Assembly (NCBI RefSeq): GCF_006345805.1
Contig: NC_043009.1
Location: forward strand, 70,804,001 to 70,868,000
Reading direction: 5' to 3'
Source: Octopus sinensis
Lineage: Eukaryota
Length of the DNA stretch: 64,000 nt
The notes beneath the pieces were generated by a model. It saw only the letters and a program-made list of their open reading frames with translations. It did not search any database and was not told the origin of the DNA. The translations under genes and the position numbers were made by a program. Position 1 is the first letter of the stretch. Every line of letters starts with the position of its first letter. Of this stretch, positions 41,610-55,758 are shown piece after piece.

Positions 41610-41780
41610 ATTGTCAAAGACTGTATCACTGTATTTTAAAACATCTGTGTTAACCATTTTTGAACAACGCAGAGGTTATACAAAGCTTTACATTTTACTT
41701 TTGAAAGTCATTTTTTTTAAAAAGTGAAACCGACCATAAACATCTTTAAAAGACCTCTGCGTTTTCAAATCCTCTCCCCT
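41610..41780 (+). repeat. Inverted paralogue of the PLE-associated segment at 26650-26830
   Basis: ttttacttttgaaa..tgaaaccg..ataaacatctttaaaagacctctgc is the reverse complement of ~26669-26741. Confidence 0.75.
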
Positions 41781-42059
41781 GGTTGAATTATATATAAAGC
41801 TATAAGCTTTATTCAGTTCATTCAGAGTTGCTCCTCTTAGGTACATCTCATCGACAAAAGTAAAAAAACTCGAAACATCGATGTCTGAGATTCCCAAGAG
41901 ACGGCGACACGAACGAAGTGGGTGTTTTCACACCTTTCTACCACAAGAGTGTAACTGCAGTGCATTTGCCTTTAGCAGTTGAAAAATATGTGACAAACAG
42001 ATTTCAACTAACCTAAATTGTGATTATACGTAAACACTGCTTTGCGCCATTACTACGAT

Positions 42060-42088
42060 ATATATGTGTGTGTGTTTGTGTGTGTGCG

Positions 42089-42146
<58 letters not shown>

Positions 42147-42168
42147 TGTGTGTGTGCGTGTGTGTGCG

Positions 42169-42220
<52 letters not shown>

Positions 42221-42246
42221 TGTGTGCGTGTTTGTGTGTGTGTGTA
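42060..42246. repeat. (TG)n array
   Basis: Seen directly in sequence. Confidence 0.95.
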
Positions 42247-42929
42247 CTGAGAGGAAGAGAGAGCGAACCATATTAAACCAGATATTTCAGAGACACGTCA
42301 AAACGTCAATTAGCGCTGACTGCTGTTGTTATAATTTTTATTGTTAGTATTGTGCCGCCCTGCCATTTCCTGTATTATACCCAGTGTTTAGTCATTTCAA
42401 ACATATTTTTCAAAGAATATAATATTTCACAGAAATGTGTGATTCTTTCCGTAAACCTGAAATTTCTATTTAATAAAATTCACAAAATACAATTATATTT
42501 TACAGAGGTATCTGATGCTTACATAATTTCTGTAAAAATATTACTGCTTCTCGCGCACGCCTTATATATTACTAACACCGAATACATATTTTCAATATCA
42601 ACATTTACGAACGGTTAATATGTACACTCCCCTCTGTTTATACACACACACACACACACACACACACGTGCACATATACACATGTATATGTATGTGTGTG
42701 TTTGTAGATTTGTATATGTGTGTGCATAAATATATCTATTTATTGATTGCTTGGTTGCTCACTGTGAGATATATAGATAGAGAAGCAGAAAGGAGAAGAG
42801 AGAAACAGAAAGAGAGTGAGAGAGAGGGAGAGTGAGATAGTGAGAGAGAGAAACAGAGAAAGAAAGAGAGAGAGAGAGAGGGGGAGAGAGAGAGAGAGAA
42901 GGATTTCCGTCAGACAGGTTCTAACAAGA

Positions 42930-43030
42930 CAGTTGCAGCGGAAGTCACTTGCGTAAGGTGCCACGCGGTGCGAGTGAACCCAGAACTACGTGATTGCGAA
43001 GCGAAATTATTAACAGCACAAATATCTTTG
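42930..43030 (-). mobile_element. Degenerate type 1 SINE head
   Basis: cacttgcgtaaggtgccacgcggtgcgagtgaacccagaactacgtg resembles 12984-13030. Confidence 0.55.
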
Positions 43031-43725
43031 CGCCTCTCCCTGTACGCGCGTGTGTGTATGTGTGTGTGTCTGTGTGTGTGCGCGTGTGCATTTATTTATG
43101 CATATATACTTGTATTCGTGCGAGTGTGTGTCCGTCTGTGTGTGCGTGTAAAGCAATATACGTCTGCGTCAAAACCTGCTAGTTTCCAATTATTTTAGTG
43201 AATTAGTTTCAGAAATAATCTCTTCTCTAATCTAAAATATATTTGTTACATATTGCATTAGTAAAGAAACAATTATACATGCAGATGATAACGGTAACGG
43301 CATCCAACTGTGTTGTACACCGAGTCATGATACAGTATTTGACGTCAGTATAGAATCTAGTAAATCCTTTACAAATATAAGCTACAGAGATAAAATAATA
43401 CAGAAAGGCTGCCAATGGGCTTCGACATAATATTCAACAGCTTCAGCGTCACAGACGTTGCGCCTTGTAATAGGAAACGCGTAAACGTTAGTCTTTCTAT
43501 AAGAATTGAAGAGAGCGATCGGTTTCTGCGCTCGAAACTAAGCATGCGTTTATGAACGTATATTTGTGAAAGATATATGTCCATGCTGGCGTGTGTGTGC
43601 GCAAATATGCTTGTGTGTGCGGGTGGAAATTCAAAGTACATTTGAATACGTACACACACACACACACACACACCACACACACACACACGCATATATATAT
43701 ATATATTATATATATATGTATATAT

Positions 43726-43778
<53 letters not shown>

Positions 43779-43870
43779 AAGCATGGTAATAGGACAAACA
43801 TTAAATAAGGGTCAACGACTTTACATACAGCATCACCCCTCAAACACGCATATATATATATATAAGTGTT

Positions 43871-44035
43871 AAGGCGGCGAGCTGGAGCAATCGTTTCCAC
43901 GCCGTGCAAAATGCTTAGCGACATTTCGTCCATCCTTCTGTTTTGAGCGCAAATGCCCCCAATGTCGACTTCTGTTCTTTCAAGGCCGTTAAAAATAAGT
44001 ACCAGTTGAACAGTGTGATCGATTTCATTGATTTA
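43871..44035 (+). mobile_element. Type 2 SINE, degenerate
   Basis: aaggcggcgagctgg..aatcgtt..aaaatgcttagcg.catttcgtc..gtcgactt..aataagtaccagttga. Confidence 0.7.
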
Positions 44036-45574
44036 ACCTGAGATACGGTAAGGATACGAGGTTATTGAAAGTGAAGGGCCACTTCCGGTTTGTGGGTGTA
44101 GTGAAAGAAGGCAAAACGCTCCGAACAAGTGTTATATCGAGTTATGCCCCTTGGTCCCAAAGATGTCCTTCCTGAAAATGTCAGGATAGGGTCTGATTTG
44201 TGTGTGGATAGTTATTACGGCCAAACCTTTATTCGAAAAACTAGATGTGAGCTATCAGCTGTAATAAACGTACATAACTCCTTGGCATTGAGTGTACGTT
44301 TTGAATTTTCTCGTCTCTACGTACGCCACACAAACACATTTCCGCATTACCATTCACACTGAATGCATTCTCTAACATCCTTTGAGTGTTATGATGCATA
44401 CGCGATAGAAGTGGATTATTTTCTTGTATATTTTTACATTGCAAGAGTACTTAGATCAATAAAAAAAAACTCACACTTTTACAATCTCAGAAGCGTGATG
44501 TTCTTTTTACTGCCATCGTTATTAATTTTGCTTCCATTTACTCAGGAGATTTCAAAGAGAATATCATTAATGAAAAATATGGCAGTATCACTAGCGCAGC
44601 TGACAAGATACCGTAATATATTTATACTCTTTCTTTTACCTTCTGAATTCCCTTTTCGCTGAGGTCAATTTTATTATCTATATTCCGGAGCTGTTAAAAT
44701 TAAATTACGTTAGTCTAATTGACTAATCTTCTCCACCCTCTTCCGGCCCCATGCCGCTTCTGGAAATAGTAGTAAGTCATACTCTTCAATCCATCGGTTA
44801 AACATTCCACGTAATAGTTATTAATATCGTTTATTAGTATAAATAGTTATTAATATCGTTTATTAGTATAGATGGTCAATACGATGATCCCTGAAAATTT
44901 GATTTTGTAACATTTACTTGAAAGTCAAGTAAAATTTTCCTGAACATTTAAACGTCTACATAATTACCTTGGCTAGAAACGCGGGTTTACAATTAGAATT
45001 TCTTATTGAATACACTTTATTTACGAACTTCAGTTTCGGGTTTTTTTTACGACTGGTTCAGTGTGGATGTATTCTGAATAAGATGGAGAAGGTGTTATCT
45101 ACAAAAGTGCCATTGGTAAATACCACACTGTAATCTTCGAAACAGAAAAGCTGATAATGAAACAAAATTAGGTTTCAAATATTGAGAGACAATGTTACAA
45201 TCGTAAACGTAAGGAATATGAAAAGTCACCACAATCAGTCACAGAAAAAAGGAATTTTGGTAGCATTCTTTGCCATAAGGAAATAGCGAACATCGGCAAA
45301 CTTCAGGGAAAAGAAGTGCCTAATAGATAAGTCAAAATAGAGAGTTCTTCCTCTCTGAAGCAGTTATGCAGAAAAAAAAAAAAAAAAGCAGGAAGAAATT
45401 CGACTATGATTGATTTCAAGGAAAGGAACAAGAATTCGATATGATTTTGACGGTGCGAAAGAAAGTAGCATTGAGCTTGCAGATATTGGAGAATGTCGTA
45501 TTCGCTGTATTATAGGGGTGCTAAGTTGTTTTTGATACAGGAAAGAAATGTTAATCTACTTATCTTCTAGCACT

Positions 45575-45700
45575 GCTTCACAACCGGTATTGGTGTGTGT
45601 TTACGTCACTGTAACTTAGCAGCTTGTTAAAAGAGACTGACAAATAAGTAAAAACGTTAGAAAAGTACTGGGTCGTTTCGTTGGACTAAGAATCCTTCAA
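45575..45700 (+). mobile_element. Type 1 SINE internal fragment
   Basis: caaccggtattggtgtg..tttacgtc..gtaacttagc..aaaagagac..ataagta matches the reverse complement of ~12780-12855. Confidence 0.55.
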
Positions 45701-46232
45701 TATAAAATGTAAACGGTATATATAAATAAAATGATTACACTTTTCGCTGTCCATCTACCACCACGGATCAGAACAAGTTGTTGCAGCAAAAATATTGCTT
45801 CCCTTCCCACGTGAGAAACTGGTATGACGCAGCCATTATAAAGTCAGACAGTCAGTCGTTGTAGGAAGTCAGTAGCAGTAGAGTCATTGTACGAATTCTC
45901 AGTTGGAGTCAGTGCCAGTTACGTGTTATATATGAGTTCGAGTTACCGTCAAGGTAGACGCTTCAAAGTCATTGTTTTGCGGAGCTATCAGAGATAGCAC
46001 GATAGACGAGTCAAAGATAATAAGAGGCGGAATACCGCCACAACATAATGGTGGTGACAAGAATATTACAGTGCCGACAACGACATATAAGTGGATCCAC
46101 ATTATAACAAACTTATTTACCAACTGAGATTACTTTTGTTCCGTTTTAGTTCAGCTACATATTTATTTCTATATCTGCTAATACATCTTTCTGTCTGTAT
46201 ATGTACTGATGTATCTGTTAACGCACCTACAT

Positions 46233-46522
<290 letters not shown>

Positions 46523-47118
46523 ATCGTCAATATTGTCACGCCTCCTTCCTTCAAACGGGAAGGAAGAGCTATTTTCATCATCCTTGTGGCTATGGCGAAA
46601 GAATGTATCTGGTGGACGCGTCTGAAAGGATTGGAGACAAACACTTTCCTCTCTGGTCAATCTCTCATCAACTTCTTCAAGTACCACTTGAAAAGGAAAG
46701 TGAGAGTAGAGAGGCAAGTTTTGTCTAGCGAATGTTTTAAAAAAAGATGGGTGAATGTAGCAAGAATGGCACGTATGAATGACGAAGCCACCTTGAGCAT
46801 AGTCCTATGAACCCAGAAATCAAAAACAGAGAGTTGCTTATTTGCAAAAAAAAAAAAAAAAAAAAGAAATATAAAATGTGACTTCATTGACCGAGGTTAC
46901 CGTGGTCTTTTCCGCAGGCTTTTCTTTCCACGGGTAAACCTCACCTGTCCTCCCCTTTACACTTCATATTGACATTTCTGTGATAACGATCCCTATTGAT
47001 CATTTTTTTTTCCTCTCCCCCCCCTTTTTTTATTTTTTATTTTTTTTTTTTTTTAACCCCCCTTATTTTTGTCCTCTTTCTCTCCTTTTACGATCCCTTT
47101 TGATCGAACCTCCCCCTT

Positions 47119-47152
<34 letters not shown>

Positions 47153-47222
47153 CCTTCAAAAGAAAAGCTCTACCTTGTAATTTGTTCTATCTGTGTGCAG
47201 CCTGTGTGGCTAATAAAGAAAC
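46523..47222 (+). mobile_element. 3' end of a Tx1/L1-clade LINE inserted in (CTAT)n
   Basis: [45 protein letters not shown] (stop 46810) fits a Tx1 ORF2 C-terminus. T-rich 3' UTR ends in AATAAAGAAAC; CTAT repeats lie on both sides. Confidence 0.8.
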
Positions 47223-47223
47223 A

Positions 47224-47259
<36 letters not shown>

Positions 47260-47700
47260 CATCTTTCTATCTATCTATCGATCTATCCATCTATCTATCT
47301 GTCTCTCTGACTGACTGCCTGCCTGTCTGTCTGCCTGTCTATCTAATTCTATATCACCCACTACTTTCCTCCTTGCTCTCATTATACCTGTAGGCATTTC
47401 ACTCTAATAACAACAAAACAAAATGAATAATGGCGGAGTCCCAACATGGCCACAGCTTTTCAGTTGGAACACTTAAAACACAAAAGTATAACATTCGCAG
47501 GCATTTGCTAGCTAAGGTTATTTCACTTCCGTTTAACTATTGACCGACGTATCTTTTAATTATAAATTTATAGATCTTCATGACATTATTTCATGATTTT
47601 AAACATTTCGACTATGTCTGCGAATTGAATACATAAATGCAGAATAATATAGACTTGCTTCCTCTCTTTCTCTCACTCTCTCGCATTCTCTCTGTTTCTC

Positions 47701-47783
<83 letters not shown>

Positions 47784-50179
47784 TTCTCTCTTTGTCTCGT
47801 ATTTTCTCTTGGTATTTCCTTCACTGATTCCACTATTTCCGTCGTGTCTATCCCTTACTCCCTTTTGTATTCATACATCTTTTTCCATTTCGGTAGTTAC
47901 CTCCCTTGGCGTATGTGTAATACACGTACAAAATTTGACGAACTCCAGGAATGCCTGGAATATCATTATAATGAACTGTACTTTGTATCAACAGACATAA
48001 GTAGAGAAAATCATAGTTGAATTAGAGAAACAGCAACCTAGTCAATTTCTAAACGACGTAAATTTCAATTGGAAAGGCTACTAAAATTTGAAGTACGTGG
48101 GCTACTAATCTCATAAATATATAATAGTCTTGCGAAATATAACATGAACTAACAAAGCCTGCGTAGGAGGCAAATTTACTGGCAAAATGAAATAGATTTT
48201 ACGTTTTAAAATCAAACCAGCTTGGATCGCCTAGAGTCCGATCGATCCTTTCCAAGATTCCCTCAATACTTCACTAAGCATTGAAGTGATGATATTGACA
48301 TTTTAAACCGCATTGTAAAAACACTCTTTGAATGCATTGAAACTCAAAAAAAGTATGAAACAAAATCGATGACAAACCATTTCATGAAGCATTGAATCTA
48401 ATGAAAAAAACGCTGAAACTCAATTCAGCTTAAGACAAAATAAATGTATCGGCACTGAATAAACAGATATGTTGTATATAAGGAGAAGTCTTATGAAAAC
48501 TCAATATGAACATGATTGAAATAAGTAAACAAAGGAAAGGATTTTAAAATGCCAGAAAAGAAATAAGCAAATAGGAAACCATACTGAGAGCATTAAACAA
48601 TGAAATCCTCAATGATTGGCGAAACTGGAATGTAGTGAAGAAAAGTAGCTTCGACAAAAACTTCGTCACCAGCACAACGATATCGTAAGATATATCATAG
48701 GAACCACAACGGCACAATTTGTTCCATAACTTTTGCTATTTGTACAACTTGGGACTAAGAGATGAATGCTCGTAGCTGGGAAATTCTAGGTCGTTGAGCA
48801 GGTTGCCTTACTTCCATGCCACCACAGGCAACACGCATTCACACTTCCAATTCTACAGAAGAACACGTTAAGAAACTCTTACCTTATTTCTGTGGAAGGA
48901 TTTATTCTCCGTCCTTCTGACTCTTTGTGAGTGTTTCTGCAAGCATTTCTTTACATATTTTTTTTAATCTATTGAACCACGAAAATTTCCATTCCATCGG
49001 CATATTTTGTCTCCACTGTGCCGTATGTTTCTCGAATCTGTTTTCAGAATCTCAATATGAGTTGGCATGTTATGTGGTGAGTTTATGCATAATGTTCGTG
49101 TGCTGTTATTCTATTGATACTTTACTGTTTGTGGATACGGTTTTGTAATCGATGAATATTTTCATCTGATTGGTTTTTTTGGACTCTGTTCGGGATGTCG
49201 GCGAGTGTGTAAATTGGGTTGCGCTCGTGTTTGTTACGGCATTGTAGTATTATGGTGTTTGTGGAGTCTGTTGTGCTGGTGGTGTCTCTGGCATTAGTAA
49301 TGGTGGTCGTAGTGACTCTTAGGGGTGGAAAGCCTTTAAATGGATAACAGCTGTCCGTATGCTGCACATTGTCATTTTCCCTCCACTTTTAGGAACAGAC
49401 GGGTGCCATCTGGATGTGTTAAGCGTTATCCATTCTCCATTTTTTGTTTTAAAATATCTCTGGTCAGTTTCTTCGTGGTTTAGAGAGAATTTATAGAGAT
49501 TTCCTGCAGATGTTTGCATCCACCAGGCTGTGCTCATTGTCGTGAGCGCCCTCGTTACATTTCGAAGCTTTTCTCATGTTAATCCTAGTAGTCGAGTTAA
49601 TGTTGATTTTTCTTTTCATATGTTGACAAATTATACTTGTTGATGAGGTGGAGAAGAAGGAATTTTGTTTTTCTTTTTTCTCTCCCTTCAAATTGCTGAT
49701 GTTGTTTGCTGTATTTATTACTAGTTGTTGCAGAAGTCTCAATGTTGGTGGCATTGCCCTTGATTTCGCCTGTTTCTTACGCTCTCGTGTGTTGGAGTAA
49801 AATTTATTGTTTTCGTAACTGTTTCTGCCGTTCGTAGCGTCGAGGTAACAGTGTTTTACCCTTTCGACCTTTGGACTGTCAATAAGGGAAAGATTTCTTC
49901 CTGTACCTAGCTTTCCGAGGTACCTCTCGCCTCATTCTCTCTCTGTCTCTCCCTCTCCCCCCCTCTCTCTCTGGTTGGGGAAATCGATGCCATGTTTGTT
50001 TTTTTTAAGATATTTTACAAATATTTTTCTCGAAGCTTACTGAAAGGGGCAAGAAAGAAGAGAAACACGATTCTGTGGTTTTCTGATGGACTTAAAACGA
50101 GTAAAACGAATAAAATTTCAACAACTAGAAATTATTGAAACTATAGAAAGCACTTAACATTGATGTACGAAAGTCTAGG

Positions 50180-50553
<374 letters not shown>

Positions 50554-51110
50554 ATGCCCTGATGCAGTACCAGGCAGTGGCTCTCATGGCTTCTGATCTT
50601 AACTGATTGGAAGTGTTATCATGTACATTGTTTTGTCTTGGTATAAAAGATGGGCTACAGCAAATATTCTGCTCTATACCACAGATTTGCTTGTCAGTTG
50701 TTTGACCTTAACCAGTTGAGCATGTCCCTTAGTGGCTGACGATATGTTCATCTCTAATCACGAGCAGAAGTAGTGGGGGAGCATCATAGCCATGTGTTGA
50801 GAGGGATTCTTTGGGGGTTTGAATAATTCACCTCTGGAAACATGGGTGGTTCTTTCAACATCCTTAAACAACCCTTATTCAGGGACCATTTTAGCGGGAT
50901 GGGCTACTCAACCTGAAGAAAATTCTAACTGGGCCCCACCTGCAAGGTCATATGCTGTTTATCTTGATATGAGATCAGCATGTCGCGCACATATGGTTGT
51001 GATGCATGTGCCTGGTGTACCCTTATCAGACAGGGAGTCATGATGGGTATATTGGGCTTCGTATATTTTACCCCAGTGTCACTTTGATGGCATGAACTGC
51101 TCTCTCACTC
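50554..51110. mobile_element. ~560 bp non-coding element embedded in (TAA)n
   Basis: Complex block, more GC-rich than its flanks, with sharp boundaries to AAT repeats on both sides; no convincing ORF. Confidence 0.6.
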
Positions 51111-51137
51111 AAAAATGATAATAATAATAATAATAAT

Positions 51138-52260
51138 CGATGCTGCACGAACTGCAGAAGATGTTGAAGAATGTTGGGAAGTAATAAGTTTGATGAAGGA
51201 ACAACCTCAGAAAAAGTTCTATCAAAACAACGAACACAGCCCCCGAACAACTCTGGACCTCTATAACAACTGAAGATGTCAACCAGGCACTGCAAGATAT
51301 TAAGCAGCTGGAAGGTACACGGGCACGAAAATACTTAGGAGGAACACATAAAAAGCATAGAAATTTAATGAAATACTTGTAGAGCCAGAGACAATACCTG
51401 AATGGCTCATGAAAGGGGGAACTATCCTAATTACCAAATCCACTGAAACAGCAAACCCACAAAATTACAGACCAGTAATTTCTCTCTCTACAATTCTCAA
51501 AGCCTTTACTGTAATAATACCGCAGAGAATGACCAAGCATCAGGAAGAAAACAAGTTGTTTCCAGAAGAGAAGAAGGGATACTGCATGGGCTCATACGGA
51601 ATAGGAATATTTCAGGGAGACACGCTCTCTCAAATCCTTTTCTGCTTGGTACTGACACATTTATCTGACATGCTAAAGAGAACTGGATGTGGATGCAACT
51701 GTTATGGCGACACGATCAGACACCCCTTATATATGGATGATCGAAAGCTGTACGCTACAAATGATAGACAGATGGAAGCATTACCACAGACAGTACTTGG
51801 ATTTACCAAAAAAATAAACATGATTTTCTCTTAGTAAAATGTGCCAAAGCAACCTTGAAAAGAGAAAAACTAGTTAAGAGTAACAAGTTCACACTAGAAA
51901 GAGTAAATAGAATAAGAGAAATATACCAAATCCAGAAATACAAATACCTAGGAATCAATGAACAAGAAACGATACGACACACACAAATGAAAACTAGAAA
52001 ACTATTACAAAATAACCACCATAGGTCTCTCAGAAATACCTACTTCAGAAGCAAAGAAAACTAATACAAATAACCACAGAGAACGAGGACTAACAAATAT
52101 ATATAACATACAGAAAATAGCACTACTAGGCACCGCATACATCCTACGTATAAAACACTTTCAATACAGTGAAAATAAGAGCATCACAACAAACCACAGC
52201 ACATACCTAAGGCACACAGAACTGCACTCGGTAGCGCAGTGAAGACACCTGTTGAAAATA
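51138..52260 (+). mobile_element. Internally deleted RLE-type LINE, family E (RT + 3' end)
   Basis: PEWLMKGGTILITK..NPQNYRP, GIFQGDTLSQILFCL, LYMDDRKLYA, YKYLGI, NIQKIALLGTAYILR. The 3' UTR matches 61620-61700 (minus). Confidence 0.88.
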
Positions 52261-52289
52261 AGACTACTGAATGATGATGATGATGATGA

Positions 52290-52550
52290 TGATGAAGGTG
52301 AAGATAGTGCCAATTATTTTTGCGTCCTTGGGAACAGTATCAGAAAGTATCAAGGGGAATATCAAGGAAATTGGAATAGAGTGACCAGCAGAACTATTAG
52401 AAAAGGTCTGCCTCCTTGACACGGCCAGAATAATCAGCAAAGTATTAGATTGCTGAAAAGAGCGAATAGCATGGTACTGTAGGCAGCAGGTAGTAAGCCC
52501 GCTACGCATGCAAGGCTCCTGGAGTTCCAACAAAACATGTGATAAAGAGA
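52290..52550 (+). mobile_element. RLE-type LINE 3' end, family C
   Basis: KVKIVPIIFASLGTVS..ELLEKVCLLDTARIISKVL; the UTR matches 37920-38030. Confidence 0.8.
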
Positions 52551-52584
52551 TGATAATAATTATAATAATAATAATGATAATAAT

Positions 52585-53210
52585 AGGTGAGATACCTAAT
52601 GCAGAAGACGGTAGAAAGTTCTGGAGTAATATTTGTAATAACTGAGTCAATCAAAATGGAGACGCTGTATGGTTAAAGAAAGTGAGGAAAGAAGTAGAGA
52701 AAAAGAAGCAGCCAGATCTAAGACTAACTAGTGTACTAATGAGTAAAGTGTTAGGAAAAATGGCGAATTGGAAGGGCCCAGGACCAGATTTATTTCAAGG
52801 GTACTGGCTAAAGAAATTTAGTATGAAGAGACACCTATCAGTATAAATGAAGACATGACAGAGTTGGCTAATATCTACACTTGTTAATATGTCGGCATTA
52901 TAAAAAAAAACTGCTGACAAATGGTATAAGCACCATCATGAGGCTGTTACTGAAGGAGAAAATGTAACGATTCTTGGAACTTTGCACTACATACAGACCG
53001 GACGATCAAAGCTAAAAGACAAGATATTATTGTGAAAGACTAAAGCAATGAAGTCTGTTTATTGATTGACATGATCAGTATCTTGGTGAAACAATTTGAT
53101 TAGCTCAGAAAATATCAAGATTCGCTGATTGAAATCGTAAAAATGTGGCATTTCAAGACGGTTACAATACCACTGATTGTAGGAATACATGGAATTATCA
53201 AAGAAAAGAT
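52585..53210 (+). mobile_element. Two joined RLE-type LINE fragments (pre-RT region and RLE region)
   Basis: PNAEDGRKFWSNI..WLKKV..KMANWKGPGPDLFQGYWLKKF, then RHDRVG..WYKH..TDRTIKAKRQDIIVKD..CLLIDM..KMWHFKTVTIPLIVG. Confidence 0.8.
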
Positions 53211-53297
53211 GAAAGGCAAAGCCGCGGAGTTACCGCGGAGCAATTTTGCCCGGTGTGCTAACCATAGAAGAGAAGAAGAAGAAGAAGAAGAAGAAGA

Positions 53298-53426
53298 ATT
53301 AACAAGCATATAACGTGTCTGTATTGTGTTACTTGATAATTCATACAAGCATTCTATAGCACAATGTAAAGAGTGTTGGATAAACGGCAGAAGAAAGGAG
53401 AATGTATTGATAGACATTTGCGCTCT
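53298..53426 (+). repeat. 129-bp dispersed repeat, copy 2
   Basis: 126/129 identical to 30211-30339; preceded by (GAA)n and followed by AGAAGAAG. Confidence 0.9.
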
Positions 53427-53821
53427 AGAAGAAGGTGCATAGTAGTTAGCCATGTATGTAATAAAGAATTTACCGTGGATTGAAATTTTGCGGAAGATAA
53501 AGCTAGAACATGATATGAGAACTTGTACACGGAAGCTCACTTGAAGTTGTTTGCAAAGCATGAGGCAGATTTAGCAACCTGGTCGATTCTGTGCGAATTT
53601 TTACAAATTCTTTCAAGATCGAGTTGAAACTCGTAAAATGTGCAGCAATAAGGAGGAGGACGAGGAGACGGAAGAGTGCCAAGTGGTGAAATGATGGAAG
53701 CAATTTAACCTGAATCTGGATTTAAAATAACAAAGTATTTTTGAGGCAAATAGAATTAAATATGGTGATACTTAAGAAAAGACTAAGAAAGAGTATACAC
53801 TCTTTCTTTGAAACCACAGTT

Positions 53822-53922
53822 ATCTATTTTATCCGCTCCGAAAAGATGAAAAACGAAGTCGACCTCACCAGAATTTGAACTCAGAACCGCCAGGCGCGGT
53901 AACACTTCTGCCAGCTCATCAC
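53822..53922 (-). mobile_element. Partial type 2 SINE
   Basis: gaaaagatgaaa..aagtcgacctc..gaatttgaactcagaac..tctgccagctca. Confidence 0.6.
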
Positions 53923-54674
53923 TTTAATTACAACAATAATAAATAATAGCAAAAACCACACCAACAATAACGATAAAAAATGAGACGAAGAATAAGATTA
54001 GGAAGTGAAAAAAGGATGAGGTGAAAAGTGGGGTAAAGATGCTTTCCCTATTTTCTCAGTTCATTTAAGATGGACTGATAGATTGTGAACCAAATTTCAA
54101 ATGAACTAACCCACTATGAGCACGAGGCGATGCCTGCCAGAATGACTCGTCTATATATATATGGGGTAGTATAGAATTACTGAAGGATGTTGCAGAAATA
54201 GGAGAAAGACGTAGCATAGGTGAGCAGATAGTTGAACACTGGTAGGAGCTCAAGGAGGAGCTTGTCACTGCTAGCATACTCAATTGGAACACTGAGGCTG
54301 AATTAAAAACACAGATGTAAAATATCAACACAAAGAACTCACACAACACTCAGATTATGGAGACCACATACATGCTGGCAGATAGACCGAGCCTCAACAA
54401 ATAACATAAATGGGAAACCACCATTCCACTCCTTCACACAATGCAACCCGACGACTAACGACAGAATGAGATGAAGGAAAAGACACCGATATAACCAGTA
54501 TAATACAATAACCTATATGCAGACACACAAACACGCGCACACACACACACACACAGAGGCACACACGCGCATACACACACAAACACACATAGATACAGAC
54601 GCAAACGCATGCATAGATATGGACACACCGCAGAAAGACAAAATTGAATATATGTATGTACGTAGTCGTGTGTT

Positions 54675-55480
54675 CTGGGACTAGTTATGTTTAATAGAAA
54701 GTAACTTATTTATCCATATTTTAACATCATCTTCCTCGAAAAAGTCACCTTGTGCATGAAGACATCGGTACCAGCGTTCCAGCTTCTTTCGAATCCGGCC
54801 TGGAAGTTATTTTCCCTAAGCGAGTCGAGGACCATGTGTGATTCACTCTGGGTTTCAACAACGGTGTGAAAGCGGCGACGTTTGAGCTTTATTTTCATTT
54901 TAGAAAAAAAGAGATAGAAGCCTGCAGGTGCTTAATCTGGCGAATAGGGCGGGTGCAGAAGCGAAACCATACTGTTTTTGGCGAGAAACTCACGAGTAGA
55001 GCTCGGTGACAAGGTGCATTGTCGTCGTGAAGAATCCATTTCTTCACGTTCCACAGATCCAGTCGCTTCGCCGAACGTCCTCTCTGAAACTCTTCAAAAC
55101 GTCGCAATAGAACTGTCGATCGATCGATCGTCTAGCCGTGCGGAACAAATTCTTAATGCACAATATCACATTTGCAAGGGTGACGCTCGTGGCAGATCTT
55201 CCAGGTCGCATATCGTCATCCAGGGACGTTCTTCCCCTTTTAGTGCACTCGTACCACAGTAAACATTACGTATGACCTCTTCGCCGTAAGCTTGCCGAAA
55301 CATGCTCAATGTCTCTCTAGCAGACTCCCAAGTTTAACAAAAAATTTCACGTTGGTTCTTTGTTCCTGTTCCTGACAAAATCGTAGACGAGAGCATACAC
55401 GTGATCACAAAAACACAAATTTCACAACTTGCAAAGTAAACACAATGTCACTCAGCACACAGCCTCATGAAGGTCACTAC
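54675..55480 (-). mobile_element. Mariner (DD34D-type) transposon relic, internally deleted
   Basis: KRLDLW..WILHDDNAPCHRA, HPPYSPD*APAGFYLF, KMKIKLKRRRF, ERWYRCLHAQGDFFE. N-terminal remnant near 55260-55370. Confidence 0.85.
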
Positions 55481-55575
55481 TAGATCTCATTGCACATGCA
55501 ATCATGTGTTGCCATCTGTTGGCACGCTACAGAACTAGTCCAGGAACCTTTTGATACCACAATCATATATGTATG

Positions 55576-55579
<4 letters not shown>

Positions 55580-55612
<33 letters not shown>

Positions 55613-55665
55613 ATATATAATATATATAATATATACATATATAATATATATATATAATATATATA

Positions 55666-55758
<93 letters not shown>

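Noticed and set aside
44813-44870. Perfect 29-bp tandem duplication AATAGTTATTAATATCGTTTATTAGTATA
   Set aside because: An ordinary slippage duplication with no associated element.
45804-45817. Overlapping CSL/Su(H)-like sites TTCCCACG/CGTGAGAA around a CACGTG E-box (also CGTGGGAA at ~57706)
   Set aside because: 8-mers of this kind are expected by chance in 64 kb, and no conservation or target gene evidence is available.
50083-50115. CTGATGG-ACTT..GAGT-AAAACG hammerhead-like spacing
   Set aside because: Both core boxes are mutated and the stems are weak; indistinguishable from chance.
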